A stretch of 64,000 nt of DNA from Selaginella moellendorffii (Eukaryota; Plantae; Lycopodiophyta), in NCBI RefSeq assembly GCF_000143415.4, contig NW_003314298.1, positions 310,001-374,000 on the forward strand, read 5' to 3'. This document shows, piece by piece, positions 1 to 12,630 of the stretch. The first letter of the stretch is position 1. Each line of letters starts with the position of its first letter. The notes under the pieces are model-generated. The model did no database searches, was not told the origin of the DNA, and saw only the letters and a program-made list of their open reading frames with translations. A program made the translations under genes and the position numbers.

Positions 1-106
1 GTTATGGCGATAAGTGGCCTTGCAGCCTACTCTAGTTCAAACACACACTAGCAACACTAAGCACTCATGTGTGCTGCAGTAGAGAGGATGATTCCAGATT
101 TCTTCA
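1..106 (+). pseudogene. Decayed partial duplicate of the 5' exon of the adjacent FKBP gene
   Basis: Aligns by eye, with indels, to 396-528 (atggcg..aagtggcct; tctagttcaaacac..tagcaacact; gctgcagtagagaggatg.ttccagatttcttc). Confidence 0.7.
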
Positions 107-392
107 CCCGAAATCCAAGGAAAATCCCATAAAAGCTTTTAAAAGGCTAAGGGTTGGCAGAAGACACCACAGTGGAATGGCTAACGGTCGGACGGTGGAA
201 TGGTCGGAAACATGGACGAGAACCCGCTGTTGAGAGGCATGTCGCTCTCGGTTATATCCGAGTTCTTCGCCAGGGCTTCCGTCAAGCAAGCTTAGTTTCA
301 GAATGAAAATCAAAGTATCCGGCTTTCTTATCGCTCCATCCTCTTGCCTTTGAAAATGAGAAAGCAAAGCTCCTATTTTATCAGTTCAAGGT

Positions 393-1289
393 ATGGCTAT
401 GGCGGTAAGTGGCCTCCATTTTCGAGCAGTGGCAGTGGCAGCACACTCTAGTTCAAACACTAGCAACACTTGCAGCTCGAGAAGCACTCGTGTTTGCTGC
501 AGTAGAGAGGATGGTTCCAGATTTCTTCGAAGAGAAGCAGCAGCAAGGGTGGTGCTTGCTACCATTTTCTGCAATTCAGCACCCTCGTTTTTGAGTTCTT
601 GGGCTGTAGCTGCGGAGGAGGAGCCAAAGCTGACGGTTTTGGATTCAGGGCTTGGATTCTGTGACACAAGAGTTGGAGTGGGAAATCCTGTTGTCAATGG
701 CAGCTATGTCAAGGTTGGTTTTCTTCTTCGTTCTTTCTTTCATTTTCTTGAGTAGTGAGCGCAGGTTCACTACACAGGCAAGCGTGAGGATGGAACTCAG
801 TTTGAGAGCAGCTACACATTCAACAGGCCGCTTGAATTCAGACTTGGAGTTGGAGAGGTTTGATTCTACTGCTCCTTCCTTTTGAGAAAACTTCCTTTCT
901 AGCTTTGACAACTTCAGGTGATTGATGGATGGGATCGAGGAATTCTTGGAGGAAATGGCATACCTCCCATGCAACCAGGTGGAGCACTCTCTCGAGTTTT
1001 TCCTGAGATCATACGTTTCCCTGTGACTTGTTTAGGTGGTAGGAGATTGTTGCAGATTCCAGCGAGCATGGCGTTCGGCGAGGAAGGCGTGGGGTGCAAG
1101 AAAGGAAAGCCGCTCCTGACGCTGCTTAAGAGCTACTTCAACCCCGGCAAGAGCTCCAATCCACCAGCAAAGCCCACTGCTCCAAGCTGCTTCATCCTTC
1201 CAAACGCAACTCTGTTTTTCGATGTGGAGCTGCTCGAGGCCTTCGAGCTCCCCAAGAGCAGCAAGGACGTGAAGAAGAAAAGGCGCTAA
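393..1289 (+). CDS. Chloroplast (thylakoid lumen) FKBP-type peptidyl-prolyl isomerase, FKBP13/FKBP16-2-like, 4 exons
   Basis: Transit peptide with RR motif; LDSGLGFCD..VG.G; VHYTGK..DGTQFESSY; VIDGWDRGILGG.GIPPM; GGRRLLQIP; ILPNATLFFDVELL; GT-AG introns. Confidence 0.88.
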
Positions 1290-1342
1290 AAACGAAAAGG
1301 TCTTGCTTTTCTTCTTCATATTCTTGCCGAGCACGAGGCAGG

Positions 1343-2745
1343 CTACGCGTCATTTGTTTGCTCGTGCCTTGCCACATCGTACTTTTGCCGGAGCTGCTTT
1401 GTTGGAATGTAGTCACCAGCGGAATCCATTCCAAAGAACAGGAAATAGATGTATGGATGATCCAAAGCTTCCTGAGAACCATATGTGAAAAAAACATATA
1501 AAAAGGGAGTTTTTCTTACCATGTCGGGTTCAGCAGGAGCTTCCAAGCTGTCCTCCGCAACTGCATCAAGTTTTACTTATCAAACTTCAGAAAAAACAAA
1601 AACAGGAACCGCACCATATGCTGCTTCCTGCTGAGGTTCGCTCTCAACATCGACAAGCACCTGTTGATCCGACATTCATAAGCTCATTTACTCGAGGCCT
1701 TGGAGGAGTGAAGGAGATTAACCTGGTAAAAGGGCTGGTTCTTTCGCTGATCGTAGACTCTGGCCCTGTCGCACCATTTCTCCGACTCACAGCACACTGG
1801 ATCCATTCCGCAAACAACTCCTCTATAACCTGTGCTTAACGAGCTCTCTCAGCCAAAACCAGAAAAAGTCAACAAAGACTCACCAAACAGCTTGTGCCGG
1901 ACCTTCTGGCCAAGACGAAATGCGTACTTCACATTCTGGTAAGCCAGAGCTCTTACGGATGCTGCTAGCGATTCTGACTGAACATGAAAGAATAGAAACG
2001 AAAACAAACAACTGAATCCATCTCAAATACCTCGAGTTTGGAGATCTTATCTTTCAGCTGCCTGGCACCTTCGTAGTCCTCTCTCTCTATGGAAGCGGAA
2101 AGCTCGCTCCTGCACGTCCCAAACAAGTTAGCAAAGAGTGTCCTTTACGATACTAAGCTATATCACCTGAAACGAAGCAGCGCGATCTCTTTGTCTTGAG
2201 CTTCGTTCTTGGCTGAAACCGCGCCGGCTTTCTTCTCGCGTAGTTTGGAAACCTCTTTCTCGACCTGTGAACCTAGTAGCTTTTTACCATCTAGAGCTTC
2301 CACGTAACAAACGGAGAACATCACCTGGCTGATCTTCTCACGAATGGCTTGAGCGGCATCATAGTGGTCTTGATTCAAGGCACGCTGCGAACAAGAGAAA
2401 AAACCAGCCAAGAATCAACCGCTTTGAAAACTTTCCAAGTGTTTGATTTTTGTTTACCTGGAGTCGCGTCGCCAAGTCGAGCTGGAACAAGAAATAGAGG
2501 AGCTCCTCGTTCACGCTCTCGCTATACTCGTCCTTGGGCGATAGGCTTGTCGATGAGGATGAGCTACTGGCAGAGCTCTTGTCGTCTCCTCCTCGTGGTT
2601 GAGCGGCAGCAACCACGAATTTTGGGGACGAAAATCTCACCGAAGCCCTCGTAAAAAGAATGCTGGGCGCCGCAAACAGCTGCTTGGGGATTGGCAATCG
2701 CGACGAGGAGAGGACGCCACCGTTTGGAGGAAGCGCGCGAGCCAT
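1343..2745 (-). CDS. CLPF: Chloroplast Clp protease adaptor ClpF-like (UVR motif plus YccV-like domain), multi-exon
   Basis: NEELLYFLFQLDLATRLQ-RALNQDHYDAAQAIREKI; C-terminal DHPYIYFLFFGMDSAGDYIPTKQLRQKY, matching recalled ClpF motifs. Confidence 0.8.
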
Positions 2746-3194
2746 GAGATTGCCGGAATCAATCCATGCCTCGAGCATACTCCTTCAATCAGAGACCCAG
2801 CAGCTGGAAATTCGATCGAAAACAGGCCGAAGCTTACCTCGACTCCAAGAACCCTAGTCAGCCATGGAGAGGAGAATATGCCCGTGAGATCCCACACCCA
2901 TTTAATCAACGCCACGATTTTGACCAGAATTTGAAAATACGCATATTCTGGGAATCGTCGACGGCACGCAAAGTCTTTTAAACCGCGTTAAGGACACCTG
3001 TGCATTTAGACCCAAAAAAAGAGGGCTTTCATTCTTTTCTTTGATTTGTGGCTATGGCGGCGAGCGACCAGGTTAGAGCAAACTGTGGGCACTCGCGGGA
3101 TCGCCATTGCGTTAATTTTGATCTCCTCCCTATAGGCTAGAGCGTAATTGTTGGTAGCTAGAGAAGAATCACAATCGCCCACGGCCCAGAATCC

Positions 3195-4764
3195 ATGGTA
3201 GAGGTGGTCTACGTCCACAATGCTCAAGCGCTGTCACCGACGGGATCTGATAACAAGCGGCGTGCCATGAATTCGCCCTCGTCCTCCAGCTCCATGATCC
3301 TCCCGAGCCAGCAGCAGAATGGCCAGCAATTGCAACCGGACGCCGCCCTCTCCAGCGCTGCTCCTCCCCCATTCCTCACCAAAACGTATGATATGATCGA
3401 CGATCCGGACTCGGATGCCATCGTCTCGTGGACGGGCAAAGGCAACAGCTTCGTGGTGTGGAACCCGCTGGATTTCTCGCGGGATTTGCTGCCCAAGTAC
3501 TTCAAGCACAACAACTTCTCCAGCTTCGTCCGGCAGCTCAACACCTATGTGAGTTCTCTCTCCTCTCCCCTGCGCAATTCTTCCATTTTTCCAGCTTTGA
3601 TTTTATCTGACTTTACCAGCGCACTGTGCTCTACAGGGATTTCGCAAGGTGGATCCCGACCGCTGCGAGTTCGCCAACGAAGGATTTCGTCGAGGTGAGA
3701 GGCATCTCCTCAAGAACATCCACAGGAAGAAGCCGACGAGCCAAGGCCACTCGCAACACCAGCCGGGGCAATCCACCGAGGTTGGAAAGCTGGGACTGGA
3801 AGGCGAAGTTGACAGGCTCAACCGCGACAAGAATGTGCTCATGCTGGAGCTAGTCCGATTGAGGCAGCAGCAGCAGCAAACCGAGCGGGACCTCCAGGTG
3901 ATGGGACAAAGGCTCCACGGAACCGAGCAAAGGCAGCAACACATGATCTCCTTCATGGCCAAGGCGATCCAAAACCCCGGATTCCTTTCCAGCCTCGTCC
4001 ACCAACACGCCAGCGTCGAAGGTGGCAGCGGCGGCGGCGCGTATCTACCAGGCAAGCGAAGAAAGTTGGAGCTGTGCGATCACGACCGGGACGACGTCGA
4101 GCTCGATGGACAGCTCGTGCGCTACGATCCGTCCAACGAATCCACTCGCGCCCGGCTGGTCGAGTTCTTCAGCAAGCCCGACCTGGCGTCCAAGCTCGAG
4201 GTCGTCCCGCTCGAGGTCCTGGTCCGCGAGCTTCTTCCCGAGGACGAGGAGACGGAGAGGCAGACGCGAGCAACGCTGACGGAGATGCAGGCATTGCCAA
4301 TCTCTCTCGAGGAGCGGCTGTCCATGGGAGCTACAGTGGTGACGGACGTGAGCGATCGATCTCCGATCGACGTTCCAGCAACACCGCCGCTGGATCTGTC
4401 CTTGGAAGCCAAGGATCTTGACAATGGCATGGCCACTACGTCACTCGACGTCGAGGGTGGCGGGGGTGGTGGTGGTGGTGGTGGTGGTGGCGCCGATCGG
4501 GATCATGCGACGAGCTCGCTAGCAACCAGCGGGAGCTCCGACAATGTTGGAGGGACGAGCGCGTTCAAGCTGCTGGGAGAGGTGAATGCCAGCGTCGACA
4601 GTGGTGCCGTGGGTGTTGGCATGAACAATGGCTTCTGGGAACAGTTTCTCGGCCCCGCCGCGAGCAGCGCTCCTCCCCGGCTCGAGACGAGGAGTAGCTC
4701 CGGGATTCCGTGGTGGGCGACCGGCGCCAAGATCCATGACAAGCCCGACCAACACGACTTGTAA
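3195..4764 (+). CDS. Heat shock transcription factor, class A (HsfA1-like); intron 3549-3636
   Basis: DNA-binding domain [14 protein letters not shown]...[20 protein letters not shown]|GFRKV with the conserved intron; class-A HR-A/B; NLS KRRK; AHA motif FWEQFL. Confidence 0.95.
4456..4491 (+). repeat. (GGT)n coding microsatellite (poly-Gly in HsfA)
   Basis: ggtggtggt run encoding about 12 Gly. Confidence 0.9.
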
Positions 4765-5491
4765 AAACGAAAGGTTTGTTCAAACATAAAGTTTGATCGA
4801 TCGCTCACAACATCATCGTTTTCCACACAACAGATGTTCTTTATTTGTTTCAAGGAGTGGGACTACTAGCACTGAGCGGCTCATGGATCTCGCAAGTTTG
4901 TCCCACAATTCCTGGACAGGTACCCGTAGCTATCGCGAAAACGCTAACAAAATCTACTCTTGCTTGATTCCTCAGGAGGAAGGCATGGATGCGATCATCA
5001 ATGAGATCATGGTGGTGTACAGTGAGAGAAAAGTAGAAGATACCACCACATTTTGTACTCGACTTGTATAGACATCTCTCGATCAATCGATTGAGTTGAG
5101 TGAAATCCTTGCAGCTATAGATCTCATGGTGGTGTGACAAAAAAAAAAAAAAAAACGGAATTATCCCACACAGAGATAAAACGCAACCGTGGGTCAAAAA
5201 GCTCTAGAAGCGTGAGGGAGTTGGTTGTTTTGCCTCGCTTTTTTCTCTCCTTGTGGCTTTTTGTTTTGCCCACCCAACACCAACTAACAACAAAAACAGC
5301 CTTTGACTTTCAAGATTGTTTAATGGTGGTTGGTTGGTTGTTTGTTTACACCTTCCAGTCAACCGACACTATTCGGCCCAGTCAAACACTCTCCCGTGCG
5401 ATCGCGATTTTTCCATGGGCGATAGCTTCGTTTTATTCCAATTTGTAAAATTCCAGTCCTAGAGAAGAGGACCGGAGGAATCTTGCTGTGA

Positions 5492-6208
5492 TCAGTAGCG
5501 TCCGCGCTTGCGAATATTCCTGTGCCTCTTTGCCGCCGGCTTCTTCTTGGCGGCTTTGTTGCGCTTGCGCCCCAGCGCTGGTCGTCGCGACTTTGACCTT
5601 GACTTTGACCGTGACATCGCCCTCGCCCTCGACCTGGACCGCCGCTCTTGCTGACTGCTCCTCTTTGTCTTCCTCGTCTTAAGTTTCTTCTTGTTTGATT
5701 TTTTCACTGGTGAGATCTTTCTAGTCGATTGTGATCGTCGCGGTCTCTTTGTGTTTCTGGGCTTCTTCGGGCCGCAAGATCTTGTCCTCTTCTTCTGGCT
5801 TGATGGCGCTCTGGTTCTTGGCCGGCGACGTCTAGATGGCTGCGGCTCCTCGGTCTGCTTGACGAGGGATGCTTGGGGATTCTTCTTGAACCAGGGCGTG
5901 CATCGGAACTTGGACTGGTCCTTGACGATCCGGCCGGAGCGGACGAGCTTGCGGAGCTGGAGCGTGAGCATCTTGCGGAAGTTGTCGGGGAGCTGGCCCT
6001 TGTGCTTGCTCTGGATCGCCTTGGCAATGCTCAGCGCACTAGCCCCCTTGCGCTGCTTGGTGGAGACGATGGCGTCGCGGACCATGACCGCGTACTTTGG
6101 GTGCTGGGAATTGGGCGAATTGCTCAGGTTGAGCGTGGCCGAAGACGATGCCCCTTTTTTCCCCATCTGATCGTCTCGAAGCCGCTGCTGCTGCTGGAGT
6201 GCCTCCAT
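5492..6208 (-). CDS. Linker histone H1-like protein with Arg/Ser-rich tail (protamine-like), intronless
   Basis: H15 winged helix HPKYAVMVRDAI...KGASALSIAKAIQSKHKGQLPDNFRKMLTLQLRKLVRSGRIVK; tail rich in R, K and SR dipeptides; start could be 6208 or 6166. Confidence 0.85.
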   Translation of the reverse strand: MEALQQQQRLRDDQMGKKGASSSATLNLSNSPNSQHPKYAVMVRDAIVSTKQRKGASALSIAKAIQSKHKGQLPDNFRKMLTLQLRKLVRSGRIVKDQSKFRCTPWFKKNPQASLVKQTEEPQPSRRRRPRTRAPSSQKKRTRSCGPKKPRNTKRPRRSQSTRKISPVKKSNKKKLKTRKTKRSSQQERRSRSRARAMSRSKSRSKSRRPALGRKRNKAAKKKPAAKRHRNIRKRGRY

Positions 6209-6583
6209 TGGAGTGAAATGGGCGCGAATCCAAGAGAAAATGGAGCCCAACAAAGGCTCGAACAAGATAGCAAGAGCAGCCAGAATGGATTCAACAGGCG
6301 CTTTCTTGCGCCAGTTACCCAGATTTGAAATTCAAAATGGCCCCCCGCGCCCGCAAATCTCGCGCGCAAGGAATATGCGCCGATGCGTTTCACCCTTGCA
6401 GGATTCGAACCTGGCCGTTTTCAAATCAAGCTAGGGTTCTGGGTACCGGGCATTTTCGTTCGTCCCGGCGGTGGCGCTGGCGCTGGCGATGGCGATGGCG
6501 ATCGCGGTGGAGAGAAATGGAGGAGCCGCCGTCGCCCTGTGAGTGATTCATGCTGCTTGGAAGTAGGGCAGCTGGGGATCGAG

Positions 6584-8303
6584 ATGGAATACCGCAGGCG
6601 CAGCCTCAGCATGCACGGCCTGCGTCCTTCCAGGTCGCTCTTCAAGCGAAATTGCGACATGGCGACGCTGGAGAGGCTGGACAAGCGCATGATTAAGCTC
6701 ATCACGGTGGATGTTGTGAGGGATATTGTGAGCCAGCGAATGGGATTGAAAGCCATTGACGACGAATGGCGAAACGATCATGTGGTGAAGCGAAACTATA
6801 CGGTTCGATCGACACCCAAGAACCGGGAGGTGGAGGACTACGCTAGGAGAGTCGCGGCTGGGACGCCCGCGAGTAAGGCAAGCAGTAATCTTCAGAAGGG
6901 TCCTACGACGTTTTCCATGGGCTGTGGTGCTAGTACTAGTGATGGTGCTGGAGCTGGTTCTAGTAGTTCGTCCCAGATTCCGAAATGGCTGGAGATTTAC
7001 AATGGCACGAAGTCAAGTCCAGCAGAACAAATTGATCGGGAGGCGACACTCACGGCGAACAAGCTCAAAGAACTTCACGTCACAAAAGGGAAGTTGTGGG
7101 AGGAGTCAGACAAGAAGAAGCGTCAACTTCTCAAGAAACAGCAGAAGCCCGACGTGGTAAGCTTGATTGGTCTTCTAGTTTTATATTCTAGCGATTTCAT
7201 ATCGGGGTGATTGCAGAGTGATGCCTTCACGAGGCTGTCGGATGAAGAAGAGAGGGCAGTCGAAAGTGCGCTTTACAGTAAAAGCAGGTGCGAGTCACGT
7301 TAGTTTTTCTATTTCTTAAATGCATTAATCTCTCTGTGCATCAGGCAAAAGGTCCTCGTGATGCATGAGCAATCAAATATTGAAATCACTGGAGCTGTCA
7401 TGGAGTGTTTGCGCCCTGGCACCTGGCTCAATGACGAGGTAATGTTGCTACTTTTTCGTTTTCTTCAGCACTGTTTACAAGTTGCTTTAATAACAGGTGA
7501 TCAATTTGTACATGGAATTGCTGAAGGAGAGGGAGATTCGAGAGCCCAAAAAATTTTTGCGGTGTCATTTCTTCAATACTTTCTTCTACAACAAAGTAAG
7601 CCAGTCTTGGAAAAGAAAGAAACTTACATTTGGTTTACTCGTTAAGCTCTTCAAAGACAAGGAGAAATATGACTATAAGGCAGTTAGACGTTGGACAACA
7701 CAGAAGAAACTAGGATACAGCCTACTTGATTGCGATAAGGTGTGGCATTTATTCCCTTTATTTATGCGTTTGCTTATTTGCCTCTTGCAGATTTTTGTTC
7801 CCATTCACAAAGATATTCACTGGTGCCTGGCCATTATCAACATTCGGGACCAGAAGTTTGAGTATCTCGATTCTCTCAGTGGGATTGACGAAGATGTGTT
7901 GGAGGTGTTGGTAAGTACCCATGCCCGTCTTTCACGTTCTAAAGCGTTTCTTTATAGAGCAATTACATTGCGGATGAAGCGAAAGATAAGCTTGGAAAAT
8001 CTATAGATGTCAGTGGGTGGGGGAAAGAGTATCCGGAGGACATACCCGGTCAGGAAAACGGGTATGCAAGCTTCATCACTCTCAAATCGTTTGTTTATGT
8101 TTCTGCTGCTGCAGGTGTGATTGCGGCATGTTCATGATCAAGTATGCGGACTTCTACAGTCGTGGGAGCTCTCTCCCTTTCACGCAGGTACTTTCGATAT
8201 GGATTTTGATTGTCCTTGTGTATAAACTGGATACAAACAGGGGGACATGGAATACTTTAGAAGGAGAACGGTCTGGGAAATACTCCGTCTCAAGGCAACT
8301 TGA
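6584..8303 (+). CDS. SUMO protease of the ULP1/ESD4 class (peptidase C48), multi-exon; start uncertain
   Basis: CLRPGTWLNDEVINLYMELL; CHFFNTFFYNK; IFVPIHKDIHWCLAII; YLDSL; QENG-CDCGMF; MEYFRRRTVWEILRL. Confidence 0.92.
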
Positions 8304-8460
8304 GCTTTACAAGTAAACCCTGATCTTTTCTGCTCTCTTTCCTGGTCTGATACTATACTATCCCAGCAGTTCATTCGAGCGAGAGCAATAAACCAGAAAT
8401 GACATTTTTTTGATCCGTCGTTTGTACATGCCAAGAAGTTGGCAGGCGGCTGGTTAAGAA

Positions 8461-10020
8461 CTATGAGCTGTTGTTCGAGTAGAGCTGGTGCCAAAGATCG
8501 GTGAACACCCGGATAATGAGATCGTGAAACTTCTCGTTATTGAGCATCAAGTACGTTCGGAGCAGCTCCTCAAGGTCCCGGCAGTGGAAGAGATCCTTTT
8601 TGAGGATCATCTCCACCATGGATTCTCTGAAGTCCCTGTAAGGGTTAACCGACGCTTTCTCGACAGCAAAGCTCTCCATTACTCTGCTGGTAAATGCTTG
8701 ACTTAGCTCCGTTCTTTTCAGCCTGTTGGTGTCATGTTCTTCAATGCTCAGGTGGATTGGTGGACTCTCAAGCTCAGTGCGGTAATGTGCCTGGACGCCT
8801 TGTTCACCTGCCTCTTCATCAGCGGATAGACAAAACCGGGACCTTTCCCATGCCTTAGATAAAGCTTCCGGATCGTTGTGAAAAGCTTGGTGGTCATCGA
8901 ATTGACCCGGTGCCAGTGGTGGTGATACTGACCAATGGAACCGGGACTGCCTTCGCTCACTACCAGGGGACACTAGTTTGAAGACGCCGCTACCACTGCT
9001 ACTGCCGCTGCTGTTACTGCCGAGGCACCTCGAGGACATAAGAGTTTTCCTGTGCTGCGGAGAGACACAAATCCTGTTGCCAGCGGACCTGTTGAGATTG
9101 TTGGGAGAGTCGAATGAGTTGAAGATGCTACTCTCGCTTGCGAACGGCGACAGATCCTTTTCCCAGGCGTAAGAGGTGTCGTTCTCCATGCTCTGGTCGG
9201 GAGACGTGGTCATCAGTTTGTACATGGCTTCTTCTGTTCCGGGCTTGAAGTTTGCTATGGGACTTTCGGCCAGTGTTGCAAAACCGGCGTCACTCATCAT
9301 CATCTTCTTCAACTTGGATTCCTGCTGCTGCGGCTGCTGCTGCTTGAGCGACGACGAGACGGATAGCTTCTTCTGGAGGACAACCTGTCTCTGAACTACT
9401 TTGTTCTCAGATCTGGCCACCACCTTCCAGCGCATCTCCGGCTGCCAGTCTTCTCGGTTGTGCACTGCTGCTGGAGAGGAAGAAGAGGCTGGGAATCGAG
9501 CTTCGTCGGCAACGGGTGAACAAGTAACAGGCGTGACAGAAGACGAGGAAGTGCCGAGCTTCGATCGATGCTTTCGCCTTCTTTGCCGCACCCGGCTACC
9601 AGCATTGTCATACAGTTCCGGACGGTGGATAGCAGCAACCGAAAGCTTGTAATCTTCGTGCATCAGGCTCGTGTGCTGCTTGCAAGGATCACAGCCGAGT
9701 GTGAGCCACTTCTTTGGAAGAGGAGTAACGGGAACAGAGGCTCCAGGCCGGGCAGGGAATGTGATGTCCGCAGCTTTCCTGTTGACGGGGGACTGGGGCA
9801 GCTTGTGCTGCTCGTCGGTACTGGTGGGAAGTACCTTTGGTGGCTTGCCTTGGAGGAATCCGCAGCGAATGTAAGGAATTCGAGGAAGGCCTTGATCTTG
9901 CTGCTGCTGCCGCTGCTGGGAGGGAGGAGAAGAGGCACGGCTGGCTGCCATCTTACCGTGCAGCTTGGTGCTCTTGCTGTGACGCTGCGACGACGACAGC
10001 TTGAAGCGGAGCTTCGCCAT
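8461..10020 (-). CDS. OVATE family protein (transcriptional repressor), intronless
   Basis: C-terminal OVATE domain FAVEKASVNPYRDFRESMVEMI...DLEELLRTYLMLNNEKFHDLIIRVFTDLW. Confidence 0.93.
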   Translation of the reverse strand: MAKLRFKLSSSQRHSKSTKLHGKMAASRASSPPSQQRQQQQDQGLPRIPYIRCGFLQGKPPKVLPTSTDEQHKLPQSPVNRKAADITFPARPGASVPVTPLPKKWLTLGCDPCKQHTSLMHEDYKLSVAAIHRPELYDNAGSRVRQRRRKHRSKLGTSSSSVTPVTCSPVADEARFPASSSSPAAVHNREDWQPEMRWKVVARSENKVVQRQVVLQKKLSVSSSLKQQQPQQQESKLKKMMMSDAGFATLAESPIANFKPGTEEAMYKLMTTSPDQSMENDTSYAWEKDLSPFASESSIFNSFDSPNNLNRSAGNRICVSPQHRKTLMSSRCLGSNSSGSSSGSGVFKLVSPGSERRQSRFHWSVSPPLAPGQFDDHQAFHNDPEALSKAWERSRFCLSADEEAGEQGVQAHYRTELESPPIHLSIEEHDTNRLKRTELSQAFTSRVMESFAVEKASVNPYRDFRESMVEMILKKDLFHCRDLEELLRTYLMLNNEKFHDLIIRVFTDLWHQLYSNNSS

Positions 10021-12630
10021 TGAGCGGCGAGCTGGTGTCGTGCTGAAAGCTCTCGAGATCGCTGCTGCCTTTTTTGCTTTTCGGGGGCTCGAAATTTTGC
10101 GGAGATCCGAGCAGTAGGAGAAAGAGAAGAACTTTTGCGCTGCGCCTAGAGAGCTTACCTGCGACAGCTGTGCTCGCTCATCTTCCCAAGAATGCAAAGT
10201 CACAAGAGGTGCTCTCCTGGGGGCACATTTTCATGTCTCCTCCCACCCTTCCAAACAAGTTTTTAGTTCTCCTCCTCGGCCTCCACTCGGGGTTGACATG
10301 GCTAAAAGCTGAAGAATATTGGATTAAAATAAAACTATCTTTTTTCTTCTTTCTTTTTTCTCAAGAAAGGTAGAGCAAAAGCTTGCAGTGGCCGTGAGCC
10401 ACCAAACATACACACACATCAAATGCCCCTATCATTGCACGTGAAAGAGGAAGCAATGCAAATCAATTGAGCCATCAATCAGTGAAGAACTACCTTGTGC
10501 TATGGGCTAAACTCAAGACTTTGGTTTGGTATTTTGTGGAGCTGTTCCATCCTTTGCTGTTGCATGCAAGCATCAATTGTGTGTTTGTGCACCCATAGCC
10601 TTCATAGACCAGCCAAGCTCTCGCAGGGACAAGAGGGCCTATCGCCACTTTTGCTGCAATGCTGAGATGATTGTAACTGGGACAATGGATGAAGTTGGGG
10701 AAAGGTTTTTTCTTTCACTTTCAACTTTGCTTGCTTATCTTTCCCTTGAGAAATCAACTCCACTCCATGTGGTTGAGTGTTGGATCATGGAGGTTAAGAC
10801 AAAGCCACATTTGCAGACAGCTTTCAAAACTTGCAATGAGCATGATGTCTCCCACATATGAGCAGTGAAGATCAGTGAGGTGAGGGATTCCCTGACCCTG
10901 CATGCATCTCTCAGCCCAGATGTTGCTGCTGCACAACAATATATCAAACATCAATTTGCACAGCAGCAGCTTTGGTTTGTTTGTATTGATTATTATTTGC
11001 AAACTTAAGTTAGTAGGCTTCAAGCTTCAAAGGGCCAAGCAAAGCCACCAGAAAGCACCCCCAAAGTTACATTGCATTGTGTATATGGAGAGAAGAGATT
11101 TAGTTTGCAAACAAACAAACTGTACAGCTTCCTCTGTACAGACAATTATTCCCCCCCTTTTTTCCCCTCTTTCTTCCTTTTATCTTTCTATTTCCTTGCA
11201 TGGCAGCTCATTGCCTTGGCGCCTCTCTCTTCAATTTGGAAGCCCCTATACTGTAGAGTAGACGTATAGGATCCCAGGGCGAAGAACAGCGATCTTATAC
11301 CTGTGAAATATGTATCGACTTGATATGGCAGAGATTGCATCCAATTCCCTGTAAGCTGTGGTTGATGTGTCTTACATTGGAGCATCCACATCAGCACCAG
11401 ATGCACAGAGACAGACAGTGGCAACAGTCTTTTTGTGTGAAGGTGCAGCAGCGCCCTGTGCCTGTCTGCTGCTGCTCCTCTGATGAATAAGAGGGGGAAA
11501 TTGCTTGCACCAACTACAAGAACAAAGAAAACAGAAAAAAACCACTCAAAGGCCAAATCTAGAGCAGTTTTCTTTTCTTCACTATTTATCTATCTTTGCT
11601 CCCAAAGTATTTAGGAGCCACTACTGTCCTTTAGTGAAGTTGCAGGGCCTTGATTGACTTGGAGAATAAGGTGAGATCACGCCAAAGAAAAAACTCTGAA
11701 CGAGCACCACATACGAACAAAAATGGGTTTCGCTTTCTAGTGCTATGTGCGGCCAAAGCGCATATCATATTATACTAATCAAAACACTTTACATGTCTCC
11801 CTGGTAGACAAAGCAGCATTTTTGTGGCCATGAAAACCGACACAAGCAGCATAAACTAATCCTTGTCGTCACCTTTATACATGGCTCGTCTCAAGCAATC
11901 TTTCCGTCACGTTCGCTCCATTGTGTGCTGGTGGACTTTGAACAGGACAGTTAAGCTCCTCGCTAACAGCATCTCTAGAAACTTATACCTTATAGAACTT
12001 TGGGATGGGATGGCCTGGGATCTTCTTCTTATTCTCCTTGGTTAGAGTAGCAGAAAAAAGTCCGCCGGGTCAAGAAAGTTACAGGCATCGCAGGATATTG
12101 ATATTTTCCCAGCGTACGTATTGCATGCAAGCAATGGCCGACAAACCAGCTCTACGTATTTAGAAAATGCACGTGGAATTTGAGGAGAAGAACAGTTTCC
12201 CCATTTAACTACTAGATGCCAATGTGTACCTTGAGACTACTTTTCATCAATAAAAGTATATGTTTGCAACTCGCCAACTTTTGTTTTTGCTGCTAGGAAT
12301 TTGGATTGGATTGGATAGGATTTCCTTGACGCAATCAAAAAGTCTGAGGAGTTTGATTTCTAAGTTTTATAAACACTTTGTATATGTATACCTCTTTCTC
12401 TCTCTCCTCTTCCATGCACACCGACAGCCAGATTAGCTCCCATGGCAAGAAAGCCTCACTTCTCCTTGCACAAGCAAGAAAGGGAGGCTCTTCACACGCA
12501 GCTTGTGACCCCCTTCCACGCCAAGAACATGTGCCACCAAATAAACAAATTCTTCATAGCACACAAAATGTCTAGTTTTGATTCGCAATCCATCCTCCAA
12601 GGACGATGATTTAAGCTTCCTCCCGGCCGG

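Noticed and set aside
2874-2948. Two P1BS-like motifs between ClpF and HsfA
   Set aside because: Looser spacing; more than ten chance matches are expected in 64 kb
4853-5071. Possible extra HsfA 3' exons
   Set aside because: The main ORF already ends at 4764; no support without transcripts
10200-12600. Possible miRNA or ncRNA in the long spacer upstream of OVATE, including a short imperfect hairpin near 12448-12493
   Set aside because: No match to conserved miRNAs I recall, and the stem is too short
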